A stretch of DNA of 48,493 nt from Lawsonibacter sp. Lineage in GTDB: Bacteria > Bacillota > Clostridia > Oscillospirales > Oscillospiraceae. How positions within the stretch are numbered: position 1 is the stretch's first letter; every line of letters starts with the position of its first letter. Below, piece after piece: positions 41,082-48,493 of the stretch. Below the pieces are notes generated by a model. The model worked only from the letters and a program-made list of their open reading frames with translations. It searched no databases and had not been told where the DNA came from. Location: the NCBI GenBank assembly GCA_022798855.1, contig JAAWNI010000001.1, positions 1-48,493 on the forward strand, in the 5' to 3' direction. Made by a program: the position numbers and the translations under genes.

Positions 41082-41960
41082 TCATTTTGTCCGCTGGGCC
41101 AGGGTCTGGGCCAGCCAGATGTGGAATCCAGGGGCCTCGAATCCCTCCAGGGCCCCGATGGCCTGGCGGGTCAGCTCCTCCACCAGAGCGGCGCAGCCCT
41201 CCAGGCCCAGGGCGGTGACAAAGGTGCTCTTCTCGTTGGCCTGGTCAGAACCTACCGGCTTGCCCAGCTCCTCCGGGGAGCTGATTACGTCCAGCATGTC
41301 GTCCCGGACCTGGAAGGCCCGGCCCAAAGCCTGGGCGTAAGTCCGCACCTGGGCCTGACGCTCCGGGGCAGCTCCGGCGGCAATGCAGCCCATCTCGGCG
41401 GCGGCGGAGATGAGGGCGCCGGTTTTCAGGCTCTGGAGCAGCTCCAATTCCTCCCGGTCCAGCGCCCGGCCCTCCCCGGCCATATCCAGGGACTGCCCCC
41501 CCACCATACCGGCGGAGCCGGCGGCATGGGACAGACACCCCACCGCCTTCACGATCCGTTCGGCGGGCAGATCGGCGCGGGCCAGCTGCCCAAAGGCGGC
41601 GGTGAGGAGGGCGTCGCCCGCCAGAATGGCGGTGGCTTCCCCGTAGACCACATGGTTGGTGGGCCGGCCGCGGCGCATGCCGTCGTCATCCATAGCGGGC
41701 AGGTCGTCGTGAATCAAGGAATAGGTATGCACCATCTCCACGGCGCAGGCGAAGGGCAGGGCCGCCCGCCAGTCTCCGCCGCACAGACGGCAGGTCTCCA
41801 GTGTGAGAACCGGCCGGATGCGCTTGCCCCCGGCCATCAGGGAATACTCCATGGCCTCCTGTAAATCGGCGTGGCGGACCTCAGAAGTGAAGGCGTTCCT
41901 CAAATAGTCCTCGACCAGCGCCTGATCCCGGGCCATTCTCTCTGTAAAGGTATTTTCCAT
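41082..41960 (-). CDS. ispA: farnesyl diphosphate synthase / geranyltranstransferase
   Basis: GGKRIRP, HDDLPAMD, FQVRDD. Confidence 0.93.
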   Translation of the reverse strand: MENTFTERMARDQALVEDYLRNAFTSEVRHADLQEAMEYSLMAGGKRIRPVLTLETCRLCGGDWRAALPFACAVEMVHTYSLIHDDLPAMDDDGMRRGRPTNHVVYGEATAILAGDALLTAAFGQLARADLPAERIVKAVGCLSHAAGSAGMVGGQSLDMAGEGRALDREELELLQSLKTGALISAAAEMGCIAAGAAPERQAQVRTYAQALGRAFQVRDDMLDVISSPEELGKPVGSDQANEKSTFVTALGLEGCAALVEELTRQAIGALEGFEAPGFHIWLAQTLAQRTK

Positions 41961-41961
41961 G

Positions 41962-42198
41962 TCAGTCATTGCCCTGGAAGGGATCCTCCACGATTTCTCC
42001 ATCTTTTCCGGCGGTGAGCAGATTTACCTTCTGTTCCGCTTCGTCCAACTGCTTCGTACACTCCCGGAGCAGCTTGGCCCCCTCCTCAAAAAGGCCCATG
42101 GCCTGTTCCAAGGGGGCGTCTCCTCGCTCCAGCAGGGACACGATCTCCTCCAGCCGGGCCATGGAGCCCTCAAAATTCAACTTCTTTTTCGCGGCCAT
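41962..42198 (-). CDS. xseB: exodeoxyribonuclease VII small subunit
   Basis: FEGSMARLEEIVSLLE...LEQAMGLFEEG. Confidence 0.95.
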   Translation of the reverse strand: MAAKKKLNFEGSMARLEEIVSLLERGDAPLEQAMGLFEEGAKLLRECTKQLDEAEQKVNLLTAGKDGEIVEDPFQGND

Positions 42199-42213
42199 AG
42201 ACCTCTTCCTCCT

Positions 42214-43473
42214 CTATAATACCTGGCAGTCCACACTGCCGTCCGACAGTGTCAGCTTCAATTTGTCGCCAGGGCCCACATCTCCCGTGGAAAGGACGGC
42301 CTTTCCGTCCTCCCGCCGGGCGATGGCATAGCCCCGGCCCAGAACCTTTAAGGGGCTTAAAGCGTCCAGCGAAGCGGCCAGGGCTTTGAGCTGCTCCCGG
42401 CGCTTGGCGACCGCCCGCTCCCCGCAGCTGGGCAGCGCCGCCGACAGCTTTCCCAGCCGCTCCCGCTGGCCCGCGGCGGCGTGGCGCAGGCCATGGGCCA
42501 GCTGGCTGCTCTGATAGTCCAGCAGCAGCCGCTTCTCCCGAAAATAGGAAGCGGGCTCAGTCATGGGCCGGCTGGCGGCCAGACGATTCAGCGCCTGGCG
42601 GTATCGGGCCAGCCGGACGGACATGGCGCCCTCCAGCCGCTCCCCGCCCCCCAGAAGGAGGGAATAAATTTCATTCTGGTCGGGCACCGCCAGTTCGGCG
42701 GCGTTGGAGGGGGTGGAAGCCCGCAGATCGGCCACAAAGTCAGCGATGGTCACATCTGGCTCGTGGCCCACGGCGGAGATGACGGGGATCTCTGAGGTGT
42801 AGATGGCCCGGGCCACCACCTCCTCGTTGAAGGCCCACAGGTCCTCCATGGACCCTCCCCCCCGTCCGGTGATGATCAGGTCGGCCAGGTTGTGCCAGTT
42901 GGCCCACTGGATGGCGGCGGCGATCTCCTGGGGGGCTTCCGCCCCCTGGACCCGCACCGGAACCACCCGGACCTCCGACAGGGGCCACCGGGCCCCTAAG
43001 ATACGGACCATGTCCCGCACCGCCGCCCCGGCCGGGGAGGTAATGAGGGCGATTTTGCTGGGAAATACCGGAATTTCCTTCTTGTGGGCGGGGTCGAAAA
43101 GGCCCTCCTGGGCCAGCTTCTCCTTCAGCTGCTCAAAGGCCAGGGCCAGATCCCCCACCCCCTCGGGGGTAAGCCGGGCGCAGTACATCTGGTACTGTCC
43201 ATCCCGGGGAAAGACGGTCACCCGGCCGGCGGCGATGACCTGCATCCCGTTTTCCGGACGGAACCGCAGGGACTGGGCATCGCTGCGGAACATGACGCAC
43301 CGCAAGGCCCCTTCTCCGTCCTTCAAGGTGAAGTAGTGGTGGCCGGAGGGGTACATCTTGTAGTTGGACAGCTCCCCCCGCACCAGCAGCCGGGACAGCA
43401 GATGGTCCCGGTCCATCAGCGTTTTCAAGTACTGGCCCACCTGGCTGGGGGTCAGGATGGCGTCCTCTCTCAT
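42214..43473 (-). CDS. xseA: exodeoxyribonuclease VII large subunit
   Basis: SGHHYFTLKD, RGGGSMEDLWAFNEE, SAVGHEPD, LSPLKVLGRGY. Confidence 0.96.
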   Translation of the reverse strand: MREDAILTPSQVGQYLKTLMDRDHLLSRLLVRGELSNYKMYPSGHHYFTLKDGEGALRCVMFRSDAQSLRFRPENGMQVIAAGRVTVFPRDGQYQMYCARLTPEGVGDLALAFEQLKEKLAQEGLFDPAHKKEIPVFPSKIALITSPAGAAVRDMVRILGARWPLSEVRVVPVRVQGAEAPQEIAAAIQWANWHNLADLIITGRGGGSMEDLWAFNEEVVARAIYTSEIPVISAVGHEPDVTIADFVADLRASTPSNAAELAVPDQNEIYSLLLGGGERLEGAMSVRLARYRQALNRLAASRPMTEPASYFREKRLLLDYQSSQLAHGLRHAAAGQRERLGKLSAALPSCGERAVAKRREQLKALAASLDALSPLKVLGRGYAIARREDGKAVLSTGDVGPGDKLKLTLSDGSVDCQVL

Positions 43474-44402
43474 GGCCGCTCCCCCGCTTTCAGCGCCCGC
43501 CAAGTAAGTGTGGCCGTCCCCATGGCGTTGTCGGTGGAATACTCCGGCTGGGCAAAGATGGCCCCGCAGAGGTGGATCATCCCCGACCGCAGCTGAGAGT
43601 TGGAGGCCACCCCGCCGGAGCACAGCACCGGCAGGCCGGGGTATCTCCTCTGGGCTTCCTGGGTGGCCCGCCACACCACATTGGAAATGGCGTCGATGGT
43701 GAAGCGGGCAATGTTGGCCGGCTTCTCACCCTCCTCCGCCAGGTCCTTCACCTGGTTCTCCATTCCGGACAGGGAAAATGTAAGGTCTTTTAGCTTTACC
43801 CTCGGCTCATAGCAGGCATCTGCCTGGGCATACAGCTCGTCCAGGGCCTTCCCGGCCGGGAACCGCAGCCCCAGAAGCACGCCGGTGCGGTCGATGAGCT
43901 GTCCGGCGGACAGGTCGCTGGTGCCCCCGATGATCTCGGCGGCCACCGTATACCCCTCCGGCTTTACCAATAGCAGCTCGGTGGTCCCTCCGGACAGATG
44001 CCAGGCCAAAAATGGACTGTCCAACAGGTCTGTCCGGCCGGCGGACCAAGCGGCGGCGGCCAGGTGGCCCTGCTGATGGGAGTGGCGGAAAAAGGGCACG
44101 CCCAGCGCCGAAGCGATCCCCCGGCCCTGGGACTCCCCCGCCAGAAAACAGGGCATGTAGGAGCCCACCACCGCCCTGGGGCGGGTAGATGCCCCCACGG
44201 CCTGGATGTCCCTCCGCTCCTCCAGCAGCTCCTCCAGCAGCTGGGGCAGCCGCTTCACATGCTGGAACAGGGCGTCGCTCTGGCGCAGCCCCAGCCCGCC
44301 GGGGCGCACCTCCAGAAGCCGGCCCAGGTTTTTCCCCTCCCGGCCGTCAAAAAGGGCGGCGGATGTGGTGTAGTTGCTGGTATCAAGCCCTAAAACAGGC
44401 AT
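43470..44402 (-). CDS. TsaD/Kae1 (ASKHA, M22)-family paralog
   Basis: LGLDTSNYTTS, HSHQQGH, HLSGGTTE, GGVASN, TDNA. Confidence 0.85.
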   Translation of the reverse strand: MPVLGLDTSNYTTSAALFDGREGKNLGRLLEVRPGGLGLRQSDALFQHVKRLPQLLEELLEERRDIQAVGASTRPRAVVGSYMPCFLAGESQGRGIASALGVPFFRHSHQQGHLAAAAWSAGRTDLLDSPFLAWHLSGGTTELLLVKPEGYTVAAEIIGGTSDLSAGQLIDRTGVLLGLRFPAGKALDELYAQADACYEPRVKLKDLTFSLSGMENQVKDLAEEGEKPANIARFTIDAISNVVWRATQEAQRRYPGLPVLCSGGVASNSQLRSGMIHLCGAIFAQPEYSTDNAMGTATLTWRALKAGERP

Positions 44403-44893
44403 TATGCCTCCCCCTCCGGCGTTTTTTTCTCCGGCTTGGGCGGAGCGTCCTCCAGCTCGGTCCGGACGAAGGTGCCCAGAATGCCGTTGACAAAGGACAC
44501 CACCTCCGCCGGCTCGTACTTCTTTGCAATCTCCACCGCCTCGTTGATGGCGGCAGCGTTGGGGATGTCGGGCATATAGAGCACCTCATACATAGCGGTG
44601 CGCATAATGGCCGCAGCCATACGGGGAATGCGGGCGAAGGACCAGCCCACCGAGTAGCGGCTGATGCAGTCGTCCAGCTCCGGCCCGTGGGCGAACACCC
44701 CCTGGACCAGCTCCCGTATGTACCGCTCCTGCTTCTCGTTGGGGAACTGCTCGTAAAGGGGCAGCTCCTCCCCCAGCTCCTGGAACCGCTCCCGGGTCAG
44801 CTCCGCGTCCAGCACTTCCCGGGCGCTGCGGGTGTCAAAGCCCAAGGAAAAAATGATGTGTGTGGCAATTTCTCTCGCGCTGCTTCTTGTCAT
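44402..44893 (-). CDS. nusB: transcription antitermination factor NusB
   Basis: RSSARE, AINEAVEIAKKY, FVNGILG. Confidence 0.95.
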   Translation of the reverse strand: MTRSSAREIATHIIFSLGFDTRSAREVLDAELTRERFQELGEELPLYEQFPNEKQERYIRELVQGVFAHGPELDDCISRYSVGWSFARIPRMAAAIMRTAMYEVLYMPDIPNAAAINEAVEIAKKYEPAEVVSFVNGILGTFVRTELEDAPPKPEKKTPEGEA

Positions 44894-45012
44894 AAGTACA
44901 GCCTCCTAATATAGGTCCATAAACTTCCTAGAGTATTATATACATGAATATACAAAAAGAAAAGCCCTAATTTGAAATTCTTTCCGCTGTCCCCGCCAAT
45001 CCCCTTAAAATC

Positions 45013-45044
45013 AAAGGGAGGGCGCCCAAGGGCGCCCCCTCTCT
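45013..45044 (-). terminator. terminator after the radical SAM gene
   Basis: GC-rich hairpin GGGCGCCC-TT-GGGCGCCC followed by TCCCTTT on the minus strand. Confidence 0.55.
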
Positions 45045-45897
45045 ATATCCGAAACCGTTTGGAAAAGCCGCACCGGCGGCAGAGCGCCTCCACGGCCCTC
45101 CCCTGGGAAAAGCCTCCGTAGATGGCCCGGGCCCGGGGGCTGTCCAAAATTTCCTCCAGGCCCTGGCGGTAGAGGTTCCCCAGGGAGACGTCCCCCTCGT
45201 GGTCCAGACAGCAGGGCACCACTTCCCCGTTCCACAGCACCCCAACCTGGTCCCGCAGGCCGTAGCAGAAGGCGGGCCTGTCCTCCTCCGGAGTGGACAG
45301 GTCGGGCCAGTCAAATTTTTCGCCCCACTCCAGAAAAATATTGGGAGCCAGAGTGGTTCCCCGCCGCCCCTCCTTCCAGGGCCCGGGGAAAGCGGACTTC
45401 AGCGCGGCCAGGATTTCCCCGTTCCGGCGGTTGGCCCCCTGGGTGCTGTCCCCGTCCAGGTTCCACAGCCGCAGGGCGCACCGCTTTCCGGCGGGGGCGG
45501 CCGATTGGGCGAAGGCGAGGCACTGGTCCAGATAGCCCTCCAGGCCGGCCCCCTCATTTCCCTCAAAGGAGTGGAGGGAGACGCTCACCTTCTCCACCAC
45601 CGGACTGGCGCGGAGCAGCGCCCCCCTCTCCCTCAGCAGTGTGCCGTTGGTGGTGACCATCACCTTAAAGCCCAGGCCCTCCGCCCGGTCCAAAATCTCC
45701 TCCAGCTGAGGGTGGAGCAGGGGTTCACCCATGAGGTGGAGGTAGAGGTACTCCGTGTGGGGCCGCAGCTTGGCGGCCAGAGTTTGGAAATCCTCCGGCG
45801 GGAGAAAACCCGGCTCCCGCCGGGTGCCGGGGCAGAAATCGCACCGGAGATTGCACACATTTGTAATCTCCAAATAGGCTTTTTTCAGCTGACGCAT
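45043..45897 (-). CDS. radical SAM protein with SPASM/twitch domain
   Basis: CNLRCDFC, GEPLLHP, C...GEVVPCCLD...CxxC. Confidence 0.9.
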   Translation of the reverse strand: MRQLKKAYLEITNVCNLRCDFCPGTRREPGFLPPEDFQTLAAKLRPHTEYLYLHLMGEPLLHPQLEEILDRAEGLGFKVMVTTNGTLLRERGALLRASPVVEKVSVSLHSFEGNEGAGLEGYLDQCLAFAQSAAPAGKRCALRLWNLDGDSTQGANRRNGEILAALKSAFPGPWKEGRRGTTLAPNIFLEWGEKFDWPDLSTPEEDRPAFCYGLRDQVGVLWNGEVVPCCLDHEGDVSLGNLYRQGLEEILDSPRARAIYGGFSQGRAVEALCRRCGFSKRFRI

Positions 45898-45945
45898 GTC
45901 CCCGCCCCCCTTTGGGGTCCATCCTACCACAGCCGGAAGCTCAGG

Positions 45946-46443
45946 TCAACGGTTCACCCCCAGAATGTGGATAAACCGCGCCTCCCAGATGGGGTAGGTG
46001 GACAGTGGCCTGTAATCGGCGTCCTCGCTGTGGGCGGCCACCAAGATGTTGTCCAAATTGGGCGGACTGCCCACCGACACAATCACCGGGTTGTGGGCAA
46101 AGGGCCCAGCAGTAAACCGCAGCTGGACAAAATCCCCCGGGGACACGCCCCCCATCTCCGCCCGCACACCAACCGGACCCACCCCCTCCTTCTTTCTGGT
46201 GAGGAAGTTGTAGAAAAAGGGCACCCCCGTCCAGGCTGGAGCCCGGCTGTACTGGCTGTTGTAGTACCACCCGTAGGTGGGGGTGTAGTTCATCACCCCG
46301 GAGCCGGCATAAAGACACTGGGAGGCGAAATTGGTACAGTCGCCCCCCAGCTCGTCGAAGTTGTAAAAATCGGGATTCCGGTGGTAGGCCCAGCGGTGGG
46401 CGTAGTCCACCGCCGCCTGGCGGTCGTAGGGTCGCAGCATCAT
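45946..46443 (-). CDS. putative amidase domain (Amidase_6-like) protein
   Basis: YDRQAAVDYA, GGDCTNFASQCL, PGDFVQ, AAHS. Confidence 0.85.
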   Translation of the reverse strand: MMLRPYDRQAAVDYAHRWAYHRNPDFYNFDELGGDCTNFASQCLYAGSGVMNYTPTYGWYYNSQYSRAPAWTGVPFFYNFLTRKKEGVGPVGVRAEMGGVSPGDFVQLRFTAGPFAHNPVIVSVGSPPNLDNILVAAHSEDADYRPLSTYPIWEARFIHILGVNR

Positions 46444-46497
46444 GGGGAAAATCCTCCTTTCCCCTATGCTATGCGGATGGACAAGGGAAAGTGCTTG

Positions 46498-47289
46498 TCA
46501 CCTCAGCACCCACTGGATCACATTTTTGACCCAGCCCCACATATGGGGAAACTCCCTTTTGATGACATCCCAGAGTTCCGCTCCGCTCATATTGCCCCCC
46601 AGTTCCCGGACAAAGGTATATGTACCCGTGGCCGATTGCTTGCCCACCGCGATATGGCCGCAGGCAGACCCGCCAATGGCCAGTCCTCCGGACCAAGCTC
46701 CCCCGCCGATGGCAAGGTAGTTGGAGAAGGCCCCACCGCCAATGGCCAGCCACTGTCCCACAGCGCATCCGCCAATCGCGAAGCCACCAACGGCCAATCC
46801 GCCCAGGGCGAACATTCCAAGGCTGACGCCGCCCAGGGCCAGAAGCAGGCCCAGGCTGACTCCTCCAAAGGAAAGCAGCCCCAGGGAGCAGCCGCCAATG
46901 GCCACCACTCCCACGGCGCAGTTGCCGATGGCGATGATCCCCTTTGCCAGCCGGGGGCCCATCCCAAAACGGATATGGACCAGTGGCAGGCCAAGTACCT
47001 TTACAGGGCTGATATACTCGTAGAAAAGGCCGGCAGAGCGCAGGTCCAAGGTACGCTGCGGCGTCTCCCACGGGCCACCCTGCTCCCCCGTTTCCGTCAG
47101 CCCCACCAGCTGGTCAATGGACATCCCAAAGAGCCTGGACAGCTCCACCAGCTTCTCCAGCTCCGGGGTGCTCTGGCCCATCTCCCACTTGGACACCGTC
47201 TGACGGGTGACGCCGATCTGATTGCCCAGTTCCTCCTGGGACCACCCCCGCTGTTTGCGCAGGGCCATTAAGTGTTCCGCGAAATTCAT
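46498..47289 (-). CDS. Xre-family HTH protein fused to a Gly-rich hydrophobic repeat domain
   Basis: SQEELGNQIGVTRQTVSKWE; repeated AIGG/ALGG units of about 10 residues. Confidence 0.85.
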   Translation of the reverse strand: MNFAEHLMALRKQRGWSQEELGNQIGVTRQTVSKWEMGQSTPELEKLVELSRLFGMSIDQLVGLTETGEQGGPWETPQRTLDLRSAGLFYEYISPVKVLGLPLVHIRFGMGPRLAKGIIAIGNCAVGVVAIGGCSLGLLSFGGVSLGLLLALGGVSLGMFALGGLAVGGFAIGGCAVGQWLAIGGGAFSNYLAIGGGAWSGGLAIGGSACGHIAVGKQSATGTYTFVRELGGNMSGAELWDVIKREFPHMWGWVKNVIQWVLR

Positions 47290-47443
47290 GGGAAAACCTC
47301 CTTTATCTGTCACAACCATAGCAGATTTTCCCCCGCTCCGTCAACCAAATGCCCCTGGAAATCTGTCAACTAAAGTTAACATGGGCCAAAACAGCCCTGT
47401 GGAATGGCTCCCGCAGGGCTGCTGAGTCAACAAAAACCAGGTT

Positions 47444-48298
47444 TTATTTACCGGATACCTTCTGGATGGGCAGCCAAACCTGAAACTGCGCTTCCTCCGT
47501 TCCAGGCTCATTTAAGTAGACCTCCACGTCTGGGGCCTGAGCCCATTCATAGCCGGAATCGGGCAGCCATTCGGCCACAATCCGCTTTTGCAGCTCCTGG
47601 ATGGCGTTGGGCTGCTGCCCGGTCCCGGAGAACACCGCCCAGGTGGCGGCGGGCACCGTCCACTCGCAGGCCCCCTCCGGGGCCGGCGCTTTGGATGCCA
47701 CCGCGATATAATAGTAATTTTCCTCCTCCCGGTGGCAAGTGCTTACGCCTAACAGGCCAGGCGTTTCAGGGTCCATCAAGGGGATCAGCTCCCCTACCCG
47801 TGGACCAATCTCTCCCCAGAACCGGGGCACCACCTGAAAGCCCTCCTCTACGTCCATCGGCAGAGGGGTACGGAAGCCAACAATGCGGAAGGCCTCCCGC
47901 TTGACGATCTGATACTCCATTTCAGCATCTCCTTTGAGCACAAATTTGAAGCGGATACGTGGAAAGGCTTTCAGCTTTACACCATCTTGTTTCGCAAGGG
48001 ATGGGGCCACCCCATGAACCGCCTGGAAGGCCCGGTTGAAGGCGGTGGGCGAGTCATAGCCGTACCGCAGGGCCACATGGAGGACCTTCTCCCCTGCCCG
48101 CAGGTCCGCCGCCGCCCGGGTCATGCGCCGCCGGCGGATGTACTCCTTCAAAGGCACGCCGGCCAGGTAGGAAAACATCCGCTGAAAGTGGTAGGCTGAA
48201 CAGCCAGCCAGCCGCCCCAGCTCCTCCAGCTTGATTTCTCTGTCCAGATTTTCCTCCAAATAGTCCAGCGCCTGGTTCCAGTTTTCCAGCCAATCCAT
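47444..48298 (-). CDS. AraC family regulator with GyrI-like effector domain
   Basis: YHFQRMF, YGYDSPTAFNRAF, WAVF...EWLPDSGYE. Confidence 0.92.
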   Translation of the reverse strand: MDWLENWNQALDYLEENLDREIKLEELGRLAGCSAYHFQRMFSYLAGVPLKEYIRRRRMTRAAADLRAGEKVLHVALRYGYDSPTAFNRAFQAVHGVAPSLAKQDGVKLKAFPRIRFKFVLKGDAEMEYQIVKREAFRIVGFRTPLPMDVEEGFQVVPRFWGEIGPRVGELIPLMDPETPGLLGVSTCHREEENYYYIAVASKAPAPEGACEWTVPAATWAVFSGTGQQPNAIQELQKRIVAEWLPDSGYEWAQAPDVEVYLNEPGTEEAQFQVWLPIQKVSGK

Positions 48299-48365
48299 TG
48301 ATATCAACTCCTTATCTGTAAGTATATCCCATCTCCTGTGCCCTGTCCTCACTTTTTTGGTGCGG

Positions 48366-48392
48366 AAAAAGGGAGCGCCGAGGCGCTCCCTT
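48366..48392 (-). terminator. intrinsic terminator after fba
   Basis: AAGGGAGCGCC-TC-GGCGCTCCCTT followed by T's on the minus strand. Confidence 0.75.
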
Positions 48393-48406
48393 GAAAAGCG
48401 GAAAGC

Positions 48407-48493
48407 TTAGGCCTTGCCGTTGCAGCCCAGGACGTTCACCAGCTTGTGGCGAACCAGCTCCTTGATGTTGGCGCGGGCGGGCTTGAGGTACTC
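48407..48493 (-). CDS. fba: class II fructose-1,6-bisphosphate aldolase, 3' end (partial)
   Basis: EYLKPARANIKELVRHKLVNVLGCNGKA* matches the clostridial Fba C-terminus. Confidence 0.8.
   Translation of the reverse strand, partial: EYLKPARANIKELVRHKLVNVLGCNGKA

Noticed and set aside
42400-42620. Apparent internal repeat in the XseA C-terminal region
   Set aside because: Variable-length helical repeats are normal for this domain.
44923-44950. ACTTCCTAGAG resembles the left arm of B. subtilis dif (ACTTCCTAGAA)
   Set aside because: The normally best-conserved XerD arm (TTATGT...) is absent, and the region is better explained as the nusB promoter (minus-strand TATAAT).

Overview
GC-rich (roughly 60% by eye) chromosomal segment of a spore-forming Clostridia-class bacterium; gene content and codon style suggest Oscillospiraceae (inference). 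The backbone is housekeeping. The left arm is almost all on the + strand: SpoIID-domain gene, queA, tgt, yajC, the SCIFF/ranthipeptide locus scfA-scfB, spoIIM-like, xerD, murD, ynbB-like, yunB, ligA and a second Xer-family recombinase. The right arm is almost all on the - strand: fba 3' end, nusB, tsaD-paralog, xseAB, ispA, dxs, tlyA, nadK, argR, recN, malic enzyme and a Tyr T-box/DMT/tyrS unit. The arms converge at a bidirectional terminator near 22.33 kb, the layout expected near a replication terminus. Best candidate for an undescribed system: a perfect 11-6-11 inverted-repeat site (20858-20885) 32 bp upstream of the second recombinase and about 1.5 kb from the convergence point, resembling single-recombinase XerS/XerH dif sites. 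A separate canonical-looking dif/XerD-arm site (10203-10230) lies upstream of spoIIM-xerD. The backbone is also interrupted by many small cassette-like genes (SUKH/SMI1, DUF5713-like, DUF4240-like, VanZ, GNAT, hypotheticals), gene stubs and several different non-autonomous inverted-repeat elements, including a two-hairpin repeat placed just before the RBS of both scfB and recN. I saw no rRNA, tRNA, CRISPR array or transposase. All family calls come from motif recognition by eye; no searches were run.
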